From Mizuhopecten yessoensis (Eukaryota): DNA of 64,000 bases. Location of the stretch: positions 403,226-467,225 of the forward strand of contig NW_018408433.1 in NCBI RefSeq assembly GCF_002113885.1. The letters run 5' to 3'. A program made the translations under genes and the position numbers. Shown here in pieces: positions 22,926 through 36,506 of this stretch (positions are counted from its first letter, which is position 1; each line of letters begins with the position of its first letter). The notes under the pieces were generated by a model. The model worked only from the letters and a program-made list of their open reading frames with translations. It had not been told where the DNA came from and ran no database searches.

Positions 22926-23574
22926 AAAATTAACGTTCACCTTCCTATATTTATCAGATATTACAGTTTATGTACAATTTTTGTATGTAGTGCTGTATCT
23001 TGTAGAGTTTCTTTTCCTTGATTTCCTTCCTAGGTTAATGCAATTTCCAGAAGTTTTCAAAGACAGACATATTTTATATTAGATCATTGGCATGCGAATT
23101 ACTACACTAGTATTAAATCTGTGCTTCATTGATGGAGGAAAATGGTTGTGTCACTGTTCCGTACCGAGTTGTCTGCAAACCGTCATAAAAATATAACGGC
23201 ATTTAGAAGTATTCAAATGTATCAAAGTTAAACTAGTTCCGGTGTATTACATATGCCCGATGCCAGATGTTCTTATGTGCAATGTAGATAATATACCAGA
23301 TCTAACGTGCTAAAGCAATTTAAATGATACTCATGGCTGTGATGAGCTGTTTACACTCAAGCCATTTATGATTGAATGTGTCGATTTTGTAGAAATGTGT
23401 GAAAATCCTTATCAGGAAGCTTTATGTTTGAATCACATTTCACAAGTTAATTTAACCTTACAACATATTTTCTGCATTGTTACTACGGAACTGTTAGCAA
23501 CCGTAATGATTGTTGTTGCATGGGTAAGATTGATATTTATATACTATTTACAGTATGTTGATTATCGTATCAGC

Positions 23575-23756
23575 TTAATTGGTTTGCTTAAGTTTTACGT
23601 CACATTAACAGCTAATGTCATTTAAGGACATGCCAGAAATGGCAGTGGGGAAAAGCCGGAGAACCCGGAGTAAAACCACAGACTTGCGGCCTAGTGTTGG
23701 AAGGCTAGTATTTGTAGATGGTCAGACGCCTTAACCACTCGACCGACGCAGCCCCA
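23575..23756 (-). mobile_element. tRNA-headed V-domain SINE remnant
   Basis: Minus strand ggggctgcgtcggtcgagtggttaaggcgtctgac (A-box-like head) and ggttttactccgggttctccggcttttcccc (V-domain-like); shares the taaatgac..tagctgttaat tail with the main family. Confidence 0.6.
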
Positions 23757-24578
23757 ATGAAATGAACAACATTTAAAACACATATCACTAACCATGTCAG
23801 TCAGTGCAAAAAACAATATATGCTATCTGATGTATAAAATCAAAAATGTTTTATTTGTTCCCAACTTTTTTGATGAATCACCTTTGCAGAAGAAAACTAT
23901 TTGAATATATTTTGAATAAGATTTGAATGACAATGTAAAAATTTACATTAGATCGTTGCAACCGTTTGCAGTAAAGAATGCGTCACAAGCTAGTTTGCAC
24001 AAAACAGGCTCAAGTGATTGATGCTGTTACGTAAAGTAACCCTGTCAACGTCCCAGTCATAGCGTGCAAGAATATATGCACGGAAAGTATTAGCAAAAAA
24101 GATATCGACAAAAAACTAAAGTGTATTACAAATTGCATATTCATTCTTTGGTCCTCCTGACAACGCTTTTGTATTTCTTTTCCTTTGTTGCTTTCCTTTA
24201 TTACATAACTTTTTAACTTCTATTTGCACATCTGTCATCTTCCCATTATGTGCCTATTACACAGTAGGGTCGTAAAGTTCGGTTTGAATAGCCCATCGAC
24301 AATGCAATTCATTGAGAGCTGAACAACTCTGTAAAACGCTCATCAAAAGGAAAAATAAATAGCTGAAATGTGTAAGAGACCTAAAAAATACATCAACAAC
24401 AAACGAATTGGTTGAAAACTTTTCCATTTTCATCTGATTTCCAAATATAAATGGAGTATAATCATATATAGGCAAACTGCATCAAACAAACTTGACATAG
24501 TCGGTTCATCATACAATTTTTCACGAATTTGTTTGAAATCATACAATGTTTGACTGTACAGGGTTGACCACAAGCATG

Positions 24579-24989
24579 CAAATCGTCACTTTCACACATG
24601 TCCAACATAGATCGAAAGATCTATTCTTTATGCACTAGGTGGTATCAATAACATGTTTCGAAGATCATTACGAAAAGCATTTTCAAACGTTTTCTATACC
24701 AACCCATGTTTTTTATGGAAATTAGGCCATGAGAAATGGCACATGACTTGTCGAAATCTCGCGTTACCGAAGGTATTTCCCAACGTTATGACGTAGGCCG
24801 GCGAGATTTTAGTCACGTGGCATTGGAAGGCGCGGCTATCAAAAAACTAGAGTAAAACAGAGTAAGTTTGAAAAAATATGTTTTTAGTGATTGTATTAGT
24901 TGTTTGAGGCATGTTATATATGTTCATCTTGTGCATAAAGAATAGATCTTTCGATCCATGTGCGACATGTGCGTGAAAGTGACGATTTG
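24579..24989. mobile_element. MITE-like element with long (~110 bp) inverted repeats
   Basis: caaatcgtcactttcac..acatgt..gatcgaaagatctattctttatgcac at the left, and its reverse complement at ~24930-24989. Confidence 0.8.
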
Positions 24990-27765
24990 TTTCTAAAATA
25001 TCAGTTTAAAGTGCGCTCCGGGCGCGGGTCGCATATTTCCCGCATATTATAGAGGGCCGGAGTTCTGACGTTTATCGACGACAGACTGATATGAAAAAAG
25101 TCGTTAAAACGTCAGAATAATTCGGACTAGACCATGTGTGATGTGAGGTCTTCAGTTATGTTAATAACTCTATAATACACGTTAGTTAATGATTTTATAC
25201 TTCCTGATTTAAACACCTGAACACAGTACATCGGCATTATGTAATTTAGACGCAGTAACGTTATTTAAAATGGAGTCTTTGTTTCGTTATAGCCCTGTTT
25301 GTACATAATCATATATATTACATATACAAAACAAGAATATATAGCCCCTAGAGGTACTATTGACAAAAACGAAAAAGCAATGTTCAGTCCTAAATTAAAG
25401 CAAAAGGAAATCATCTCTATACCTTAACTGTAGGAAATGTTTCACATAGTCACTATGCATTGCTATATCAGGTATCTTAGCTTGTAAAAATAATTATTCA
25501 TGGTTCAATGTTCTCATTGTAGTATAGCGTTGCTTTTATATATCAATACGTACTTTTGTGGTTAGTTTTGGTGTTAATGCTCATCAATAAACCATGTATT
25601 TTGATGGATCAGCCGTCAAGACAAATTATAGCACAATGAAAAATTCATAGTTTTAAGGGTATATACCGAATACTAATATATTTTCCCGGCTTTAAATTAA
25701 TTAGTTGTATTGCCGTGGTCTCTTAGATTGTAGATAGTGACAAATAAACATTCCACATTGACATGACACGCTTTTAAAGGTACTATAGTGCTCGGTCAAC
25801 TGTACAATCCTTAAGCTGTAGCACGGTATAAATTATTAATTGAAAATACGTTAATTCGTTTACCGATTTGTTATAATTGTGAAAACATACGAAAGTCTCA
25901 GTTTCCTAAATTTAAACACAATCAAAGATAAGCCTACACTACACGAGATGCTTGGCTCTTTCCATCTCATTTCGATTAGTTTTTATGATGAAGAATTAAA
26001 TACGCCTGTAATCGTTCAGATACTAATTATTCTGATAATTTTATTTTGCTAATTTGAATATAAAACGCCACTAATTATACATGTGTTTTTGTGTGATTGG
26101 TTCTAACGTCCTATGGACAGACCAGGTCATTTAAGGGCGTGCCATCACATGTGTAATGTTATAGTTGGAGGCAGTTTATTATTGAACTTGCCACCTTCCG
26201 ATAGCTCCGATATGATGCTCCGTTTTTAGAGTTGTACCTCAATCAAAATATCATACCGAAGGTACCAAGCTAAGTACTCCAATAGCATGGACTTACTGCA
26301 TTTACAATGGTATCATGTGGGTATACAACCATTCAAGTTGTTAAGGTTTGCTTCTTATAAATTGAAGATTTTCGCATCTTTATTGTGATTAATCAAACTT
26401 AAAATTACTGAATCAATATTACATTCCATTGTGTTAAACTAGCAACATCAATGCTACAGTAATAGAAATGAGAAGGAATGATATGAGCCTATATAACTGA
26501 ATGTTATTAAGCTGCCTTAACATTTTTTTAGATACTGGTAGGTTTTTGATGCTATTTGAATTCCAAAATTCAATTAGTTTGTGCAACGAATTTGCGTGTT
26601 GAAACGGAATATCATTAAAATGACTTATTTTGATTAGTTCATGTTTGGATAAGTGCTGCAGCATGGTGAAAACATCCATCATTATGATCAGAAATAATTC
26701 ATCTTTATTTTTTTATAGAGTATAAAAGTGTCAGTTTGCTTCATGTTATAAACCGGTTCAGTCAATTGATTGTGCAAATATTAGCTCAAAGTAAAAGCAC
26801 TAAATTATCATATCTATGTATCAGACTTCCTGGCTAATACTAAAAGCCGTAGGTTTGCTGTATCCGAGTACGTAATGTAAACATTTTGTTCCATATTTAA
26901 CAGGAAGTAAAATCAGGATGGAACCAATATATACATGTTTAGCAAGAAAAAGGTATACATATGTATTCAGGAGGATTAAACGTGAGATGAATTTTGATTC
27001 AAAAGGACAGAAGGCGCAATGTTTTGCTTGGCGAAAAGTCCATAGTTCCTCATTGCAAAATGATTTATGAAATATACATATACGACATTTGTAGAAACAA
27101 ATTTAATTTAAAACAGATGGATGCAAAACACAAAGAGGTTATTGCAACACTACAATTTGTTATAAATACTGGATTACACTTCATCATGCAGGCGTTTCTC
27201 CCATTTAGGACTCATCGGTAAAATGTGGGACTTCAGTGTCTGCAAACCTGCGATTCTGAAAAAAATGTCCATGGTGTCGGAGAATAATGATGAACAACAT
27301 ATGTTATTGACTCTACAGTCACAATCATGATATGTTTCAGATTTGCCCTTGAAAATGTTGACCTAACCGGCATACATGGTCTTGCCAGCGAAGTTTTGTA
27401 CATGAGGATATGTTTATGTTTCTCTTCTCTTGATGCCTTCTCAAATTGACGTTGGGGTTTGAATCAGTACTTCGGTTTGCTTCTTTTGTTCCGATTTCCA
27501 CACAATTTGAACATTGATCTGCTGCTCCCATGCAACGTTTGGGATCTATAATTGTGTGTTTCCTATCTCGCTATTCTTTCCCTTCCTTGTTAGTTCACTA
27601 AACATCATTCCTCTGTAGCGAGGACGTTAGACCAGAAACAAACATGAAAAACAAAAGAAATTGAACATATAGCTATTATATATTCATTCAGAGTTGATAA
27701 TCAAAAGTTAAAAATGAATATTTTAAACAAAGTAAGGCAAGCAAGCATGTCTATTTTCGTTGACT

Positions 27766-28746
27766 GGTTTGGTTTGGTTTAGTATTGTTTAACGTCCAAT
27801 CAATAGCTATGGTCATTTAAGGACGGCCTCCCATGTGTGCAAGATGCATGCGTGTAGTGTATGCTTGTGTTTTGGGAGGCTGCGATAAGTTCGTGTTTGT
27901 CTCCTTGTGATAGCGCAGAACTGATGCCGAATTTAAAGTGCTACCTCACTGAAGCATACTGCCGAAGGACACCCAGCAGAACACCCCACCCGGTCACATT
28001 ATACTGACAACGGGCGAACAACTAATCGTCCCACTCCTTAATTGCTGAGCGTTAAGCAGGAGTGGAGTAGAAACTACCAGTTTTATAGACTCTGGTATGC
28101 CTCGGCTAGGGGACAGAACCAAAAGCTTCCTCACGGGCCGAACGCTCAACTAAAGGCCAAAATTTATGCATTGTCAAGGGAGACATTAGGTAGAAGAAAG
28201 TCATGATCGTAAGAGGCGACTAAATTTGGAACCTTATCTCTTCTCTCCTGTCTAAATAACTTTCTTCGTCTTAATGTCTCCCTTGACAATGCCTCACTTT
28301 TGGCTATTTGTTGAGCGTTCGCCCCTGTGAGGAAGGCTTTGGGTTCTGTCCCCTGGCCGAGACATACCAAAGTCTTTAACAATGGTAGTTTATACTCCTG
28401 CTTAACGCTCAGCACATTAGGAGTGGGACGACTGGTTCGCCCGTTGTCAGTATAATGTGACCGGGTGGGGCGTCCTGCTGGGTGTCTTCGGTAGTATGTT
28501 TCAGTGAGTTAGCACTATAAAGTCGGCATCACTTCCGCGCTATCGCAAGGAGACAAACACGAACATATCGCAGCCTCCCAAAATACACACACATACACTA
28601 CCCGTATGCATCTTGCACACAGGGGAGGCCGTCCTTAAATGACCTTAGCTGTTAATAGGACGTGAAACAAAATCAATCAAACAAACAAATCCTCTTACGA
28701 TCATGCAAAGGGGGCAGCAGGTACAATTCATACGCCCTGTCTGCAG
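27766..28746 (-). mobile_element. Main-family SINE (host copy: 27766-28201 plus 28691-28746), interrupted by an inverted sister copy
   Basis: Collinear with 34701-35218; its head motif resumes at 28691 after the inserted copy. Confidence 0.88.
28202..28689 (+). mobile_element. Main-family SINE (Meta-domain-like centre, (AAAC)n tail), nested in opposite orientation
   Basis: Near-identical to the reverse complement of 34701-35175; contains ccgagacataccaaagtctttaa..aatggtag..ctgcttaacgctcagca; ends aatcaatcaaacaaacaaa. Confidence 0.9.
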
Positions 28747-29775
28747 AGACAATTAATTGACTGTATTAACCTTTTAACTAACATTCAGCTTCACTGGAAA
28801 CATAGCCAGAAGGATGTCTGTCGTAAATACACCGGAAAAATGTTTTGTATAGTTTTACGTTATCATTTTATCACTGTGCCTATGGCGGTGTTAATCTCCC
28901 GACGTTCATAATGTCCTGTTGTGAGTTTCTCGATTCATAACACATTAGACATTTAACTCAAAACAAAATGGAGATCACTCAAGGAATAAACGTGCGGTAC
29001 ATTATATGCTATATAACATTACAATTTTTCATATAGTTTTTTCAGGAGTTTATGGATTCGAACTTATTTGCTAACATTCCGGTCTACAGATAGTAAGTCA
29101 CAGCGAAATATATAAATGTGTACCAGACAGTTCACTAAACGAAATCGTAGTTAAGTACAACCGCAGCATTTCAGATATATGTTCTTTGCAATTACATGTA
29201 AATTAGGTTATACAGTTGTTTTCTCTTCAAACAAACATGATTGAACAGCATAAATACCTGCTTTAATTACTGCTTTTTCTATCTTTTAAACAAAAATGTT
29301 AAGTGGGTTTTTTTCTGCTGAAAAATATACCACGAATTTTATTTCGCCTCAGTGAATATCCTGTCTACAGTAAACTTACAAAATGTGATAATAATGTCTT
29401 GTGCATATTGAAATTTCACATCGCCTGTAGGGTTCCCATTATTTTCACGGTTAATAAACCCAACCGGCGTGTCAAATTGTGACCTCTAGCATTTTTTTGT
29501 TACATTATATAACCGAAGCATTCATCTAGAAGAAATAAATTGAATACAGAATAATGATAAAAACCTATAAAAATTATTGGAGTCAGTGCGTAGACAGATA
29601 ATTACACGTTGTTAAACCTAAACCGGTTAAGAATATAAAAAAATAACTTATCTTATGATGTGCATCTGTTACAGAAGAAAGAACATAGCCCCTTTTACTT
29701 TTGATGTTGATGTTTGTCATTAATTTTTACGTTTCTTTGATGCTATTTTTTTTCACGCGTCTTATCTACCATTTA

Positions 29776-29986
29776 TTCGCCCTAAAGATCTTTTCTGTGT
29801 TGATGTGCCGTTAAAAATTCAATAACCAACCAAGTTAATGATGTTATTCGCCCTAAAGATCTCTTCTGTGTTGATGGGCCGTTAAAAATATCAATAACGA
29901 ACCAAGTTAATGATGTAATACACCCTAAAGATCTCTTCTGTGTTGATGGGCCGTTAACATTTCAATAACGAACCAAGTTAATGATG
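29776..29986 (+). repeat. Three ~70-bp tandem repeats resembling a retroposon 3' tail
   Basis: ccctaaagatctcttctgtgttgatgggccgttaa...caataac.aaccaagttaatgatgt repeated three times. Confidence 0.88.
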
Positions 29987-32900
29987 TGATTTAGTCAGGA
30001 ATGCCACTCGCCATTTGTAAATGAACATCCTGGGTGATCGTGACTTAACGTCCACGTAAGAGGCACATAGTTCCATATGAAGGCATGTGGCTAGGTATAA
30101 ACCGCAGGAACAGATATATTGTAAAGAAAGAGAGAACAGAAACGATAGATAAAGTAAAAAATCACAGGTGTTGTAAGGGGGGCAGCTCTCCTCAAGGTCT
30201 TGTTAGTTTAGTAGAAGACAAAAAAAAAAAGACTTTACATGCGCCCAAACTAATTGCCTCTTATGGTTCACATGTAGTGAGATATAGCATGTCTGTTTTT
30301 GGTTTCTACGATGTCCCGTGAAAAAAACACACCAGAGATATCACCCCCCGATTCTGCAAGCGGTGGGTCACCGATGGGAAAGGGAGGGGATGGGGCACAT
30401 ATATCGCCTCTTACGATATGCATTGACCCCTTATCTTTCGCTGAACCTGCACGGGTAGGGGTTTGTCCTTTGCCACTATTTTTGATCACCTAACTGTGTC
30501 AGTGTTATAATTGCATTATTTCGATTGACCGTCAGTTCCTAACAAATAATGAAAACATCTGCATATTCCACAGTAATACACGTAGAACAGATGCAGTGCT
30601 TAAGTTAATTGAATAGGACTGAAAGTACCCGTATATACAAGAAAGAAAATAAAGTCTCATAACTAACATGTTTGTCGGGGGTTTAATGTCCTCGCACCAG
30701 CCAGGTTCACATCAAGACGAGCGCCTAGAGAGACATCGCCTGAAACAGAAAGTAGATAGAAAAGACAGAAGACAGGAAAGATAGGAAAGATAGGAAACGA
30801 AGATGTCTCATAAACTGAATCCATTTTTCATTAATAATATAGTTTATTTAGTTCTATAATATACAGCCGAAGGATAATTGGAACAATGACGCAGTTATGA
30901 TTTATCAAAATGAGTTTCAAAGGTTACATTTCAGTAATAAATACCATGTATGACTTGGACAGTAATGTAGGCTTAGTTACGTGTTTCGAAGAAAAATTAC
31001 TCCGGAGTTTCTGTAATTTTGTGGCTGCTTGTGATATTTTTATAGTCCGCGAACATATTGAGCGTTAACTTTGGGAAACAGACAGGCGAAAAGTTGATGT
31101 CCTGGCAATATGGCGGATAAATCAAGCGTAATCCTAATGACACAAACGTACATGTACATAAGAAGCAAAATGTTGAGGCATCATGAGTAACCAGTGCTCT
31201 TCTTTCATGTTACAATAAGAAATCCTCTTTTATTAAGAATATTTGGTGCGATGGTAGGGGCTGGTGACCTCGAGGACCTCGAATAAACTTACGGCGCTGA
31301 CAATTTATGAATAACAGTGTTTTTAAAGAGGAAGTCATAGGCCTGTTGTTTTGTATTTTTCATTGACTCATCTAATTATAAAGATATTGTTTTACCTAAA
31401 GATTTATTTGCCTAACAGAAAAAAACATTTGAAGTTTCAAAAGTGCAAAGCAGTGATCTAAATTGAGAAGAATATTTACTGTAAGATACAACCTCTAGCA
31501 TATCACACAGTACATAACATTACACTTATTTCATCAAACAATTCCTGTAAAAATAATGCTGTAGCAAACGGTGTATCATTTCTACACTGTATATACAATT
31601 ATGCAAAACTGAAGAACGGTAGTATATACATCATTTCGTTCTGACATATTTCTGTATTTTCTTTTGTGTGTGACATCACATTATATAAACCAATTTCATC
31701 TAATTAAAAAAGAAACCATTAACAAACAAACGTATATTTTTGTAGAAATGTATATTTGGAATGTTTATCAAAGAATGTATGTATCATTTTGAACTCTGAC
31801 AGTATGCAATCTTTCAGATATTTTCACTTGCACAGAGGAAGCAGGGTACTTTGTAATGTGATAGCAACACGCTGACGTTTCTAATCCTTATTGGCTTTGT
31901 TGATTTAACTTGAATAAGGATTAAATATGGAATTACACTGGCTGATTGGTACTTCCGACGTGTTTAAAATATCACCCATGTGATGATCTCATTTTGCACT
32001 TTAGAAAAAGAAAGCTTGTTATCACAGACAGGTCAATTGAACTGACAAATAACGGTAGAATCCCCCCATGTTTATACCTCTGTTTGAATCAATGCGCTGA
32101 ATCTTCTTGATAAACGGCATAGGGTTAAGAAAGCGAAGGACAATGTTCTTGTATCAATGGAAGCTGACTCGCAATTTCCTAAAACCTGTCGCAACGCGTG
32201 TTACATATATTGCCAATACGTTTCCAATTGGACTACAAACCGGAAGCTAGACCCCTGGGAGACTCAATTAATTCCTTTAAATTGTATATTTTACTCCAAC
32301 TGTTATTCGTTCCGGCATTAAGCCAAACTAATTGTTTGTTTAAACTCTACACGGGTCGGAGTGATAAATAAGGTTTTGTTCACAGTTCAACTAGGAATTG
32401 ATACAGGAAAGAATTTCCGCTCTTTGAAAACCGTTTTTTAGTATATATGAAACTCAAACTACATATAGGAAAATCCCCCAAAACAATTTTGTTTTTAAAT
32501 AATCAGTAATTGAATAGAGCTCAACATATTTCCCGAAATAGTAATATATTCACTTTTTCTCCAAATAACTGAAAAATGTGAAAAAAACCCCCAAAAAACT
32601 AAGAGTAACGGAATATAAAGGAACAAACAAACTATGTAAGCTGTGTGTGTTGTTCGTCATAATGACTATTTTGTTTAGGTAGGAATTTAGCTACAAACAT
32701 CACATTTTATTTAAGAATGAAAGCTGCTGAAGAACAGCACAGGATCGTAATAAGTTGTATATTTAAAAGTGCATTGTGTAACGCAATAGTCAACAATCAT
32801 GTTTGTACACTAGAAGAGAAATATGAAATTATCGATAACTCGGGCTAGTTATTAAATATGTGTGGAACTTTGATTTTATAAGACTTCAAATGTATTTAAA

Positions 32901-34429
32901 AGACATGGTTTCGTAGTTGAACAGAAAGACAATATATCAGATATGTTTCTCTATTAATAGTTGTGTTTTGTTTATTGGTGTTTTGATATCAATAATTCAA
33001 TATGCCGAATCCTTACTTCACAACGATGGAACCTGGGATGGAACAAGGATATACAATACCAGACAACAGTATTTATACCCATATCCAGGGTAAGCGAAAT
33101 CCTCACCTCCATTCTAAATAAGTGTGTCTTTCATTTTAGCCGGAAAAGATAGCTTGTATTCACCTAGTGGAAGAAAACCTCGTACTGATAGCATTCACTA
33201 AATTGTGACGTCATAAAAATGAAAGGAAACTGCAACGTCATATGAAAGAAAATGATGATATTCATGATATTCGATTACAACAGCCATACTCCTATCAGTG
33301 GAGTTGTGGCTGAAATGATTCGACGAGAGAAAAATAATCATCTCAAACCTTGAGGATGTAACAGAGAAATATCCAACCATCGCGGAGGAGATTTCGGTGT
33401 CACACTTTCAATTTAGCGGAAAATTATCTTAGTCTCACCCTAGGATTGAGACGACGGGTTCCCCCAGTCATGACAATTGTCTGACGTCACAGTAACAATA
33501 CACTGACCCCAACCATAAACATGTCATGTTGACGCATCAACTATTTGGCAACTAGAAATTCTATCCTATCGGGTTGATATATATCTATCTCAGCTCCACT
33601 GGGTGAGATCTTCTATTACTTCCTACCCAATCCAGAATTTACAGGTTTGGCAGAATGGTTAACGTTTTTTCAGTCATCCTTACAGATGGCTAGGGGCTCC
33701 TCGCAGGATTGAAAGCTTAGAGAAAATGTTTCTCTCTCTTGCTGACCTTACTCCTAGACCACCGCTAGCGGCGAATAAGACAGCCCCTCTCGAACATGTG
33801 TTGATTTTATGATATACTTACTCTAATTTTAAATCAGTTTAAAGTTGTTTATTGCAGTGAGATTTGGTAGGTTGATAAACCTATTGTTTATCTATTTTAC
33901 CTCGCCCTACTCTCATCCTTGTTACCTAAATACGTATGTACGTTATCAACATGCATGGATGTAAAACACATAATTTGATACTAAAATCGATACTCAATTT
34001 CCCTGATGACTGTTTTTAAAACGATTCCAGTATTTGATTATTTCCTCTTTGGGACAGTCAACTTGTTCTATTACTTGCTATTGTCAATATCATCTTAACA
34101 TATTTCAAATAGAAACATTATTTGCACATAGTGAACAACCATCGGTTGGTCCCATTATTAACGGTCAGTTAACACGAAAATATCCTATAAGACATAGATG
34201 CTGATAACATAACGTAAATATTAAAAAGAGCATGAACTAAACTACAAAACATCTATCAGGATAAAAACAGAAAATAACAATGAAAAATAAAAAGTCAATA
34301 ACAGGAAATAAATGGAATTGATAGGTGAATGATAATAAGTACTTACATTCGTAGGTTCGTATTTGAGTTCGTAGGTCGTCTCAAAGCGGTTCACAAATTA
34401 TTAAATTATTTAATTAGGGCCTTTGCAAC

Positions 34430-34668
34430 CAGCCAATATCTTTCTCAACTCCCTGGAGGAGCATACAGCCGGAGCTGCTATTTCGGCGCTAACAGCTAGC
34501 ATTCAACAATTTTAGGACTGCCCAACCACGTACTCATTGACAGCTAAGTAGACTGGAACAAGCGGAGTAAAGTATCTTGTTCAAAGATACACACAGAGCC
34601 TTGTCGTGACTCGAACCCGCATCCCTTCGGTCACGAGCCAGGCGTCCTATCAATAGACCAACGTGCCT
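34430..34668 (-). mobile_element. tRNA-derived CORE-like SINE
   Basis: Minus strand has an A-box-like tggtctattgata, B-box ggttcgagtc, then gtatctttgaacaagatacttta...ccagtctacttagctgtcaatgagtac (CORE-like). Confidence 0.65.
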
Positions 34669-34700
34669 ACAAACAATCAAGCATGAACAGATGAGATACA

Positions 34701-35222
34701 TTTGTTTGTTTGTTTGATTTTGTTTAACGTCCTATTAACAGCTAAGGTCATTTAAGGACGGCCTCCCCTGGGTGCAAGATGCATGCGTGTAGTGTATGTG
34801 TGTGTATTTTGGGAGGCTGCGATATGTTCGTGTTTGTCTCCTTGTGATAGCGCGGAACTGATGCCGACTTTATAGTGGTACCTCACTGAAACATACTGCC
34901 GAAGACACCCAGCAGGACGCCCCACCCGGTCACATTATACTGACAACGGGCGAACCAGTCGTCCCACTCCTAATTTGCTGAGCGTTAAGCAGGAGTATAA
35001 ACTACCATTTTTAAAGACTTTGGTATGTCTCGGCCAGGGGACAGAACCCAAAGCCTTCCTCACAGGGGCGAACGCTCAACAAATGGCCAAAAGTGAGGCA
35101 TTGTCAAGGGAGACATTAGGAAGAAGAAAGTTATTTAGAAAGGAGACCCAAATTTAGTCGCCTCTTACGATCATGCAATTGGGGGCAGCAGGTACAATTC
35201 TTACGCCCTACCTGCAGGGTCT
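34701..35222 (-). mobile_element. Full-length main-family SINE (~520 bp) with 12-bp target-site duplication
   Basis: TSD AGATGAGATACA at 34689-34700 and 35223-35234; (AAAC)n tail; several copies in the window. Confidence 0.92.
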
Positions 35223-36413
35223 AGATGAGATACAAAAACCAAAGGGTGGCAACATTTCTAGGTATAAAAGACCAGAAGCGGAACCAGATTTTCGCTGGGG
35301 GTTATGTGTTTCTTACGGTTCATGTATGATTAGTCTCCCGCCACCTCTAGGAATTTGTATTAGTTGCGTTACGACAAGGGGAGGGGTTTCAAATTGTACA
35401 TGATACCACAATGTATCCATTATGCAGAACGGTACCAATCTTTTTCAAAACCCGTCAAATGTTCTAAGAGACATCCAAAATCCACTTTAAGACAGTATAC
35501 GACTTGGCACCAGAAGGTTACCATTTTTCGCTCGTATTGACATGTGCACCAAGAACATGATGGATTATGGACTATGTTCTATTCTAGATGTCACCGTAGC
35601 AAATACATGGATATTTACGTCAGGTACATTGGATCAACGACACATCGTTACACTTATATCCAAGTGTTGACTCTCGTAGTATCGAAAGTATAAGTACTAT
35701 GAAAGTGATCACTGAATGTATTCATGTGTTTGTTTTCGCGTTCGCGTTCGTGTTCTCTATCTGTAACACAAATCAAATAATTGTGTACAACATATGCTAA
35801 CTAAGATAATGATATTTGTGCAGCATATCCACCCGAACTATGTCATTCAAATCGTAGTATTTCCAGAGAGTTCTAGCCACATTTAAGCATTAACTCTACA
35901 TAGGAAGATGGGATTAATTGAAATAGCAAATGTTGATTGTGTTGTATGGTATCACTACTGTAGATATATATAGATATCCAATTGCAATGTAATGAGTGTT
36001 GTGATAACCTTTCAAACTGTTGAGTATTTCATAATGGTTTTTAAAACCAGCACAAGGGATTATCTTTCTTTTGCATGTAATCTGTGGATATCACGTGGTG
36101 CTTCCGGTAATATGTCAAGCACCTGCTTGTAGATTACATTGACCTTCAATCAACTCAGTAATTTCTTGACGATAAATCTCTTTTCGAAACAACTGCCGCT
36201 ACAACTCTTAACTGCATGATAACTTTTGGTCTGTACTTTTCAAGTCGACATTTATCTTTTACCCTTTCGTTTGTTTCAGGTCGCTACCTTATCATGTTTT
36301 GTCGGCCTTTTATTAGCCCTGAAGACGTCTTCAGTATTGCTGGGCCTTTAAGAATCTAGTAATAATAATGTAATGTGCTGCTTCTGAGGTATGGACAGTG
36401 TACTCTAAAGTAA

Positions 36414-36506
36414 ATTAGCCTTACGAGTTATTACCGCTATGATACATTTGACATTCTGCAGTATATTAGCATTACGAGTTATTACCGCTATGATACATTT
36501 GACATT
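36414..36506. repeat. Short tandem duplication (~51-bp period)
   Basis: attagc.ttacgagttattaccgctatgatacatttgacatt occurs twice. Confidence 0.85.

Noticed and set aside
29776-29986. CRISPR-like array (also considered for the 30-, 33- and 21-bp arrays)
   Set aside because: Units are head-to-tail with no unique spacers, there are no cas genes, and the context is eukaryotic.
34975-35403. Similar short ORFs MLSVKQEYKLP... at 34975 and 28164-28415
   Set aside because: The similarity comes from the SINE copies (antisense frame), not from a protein family.
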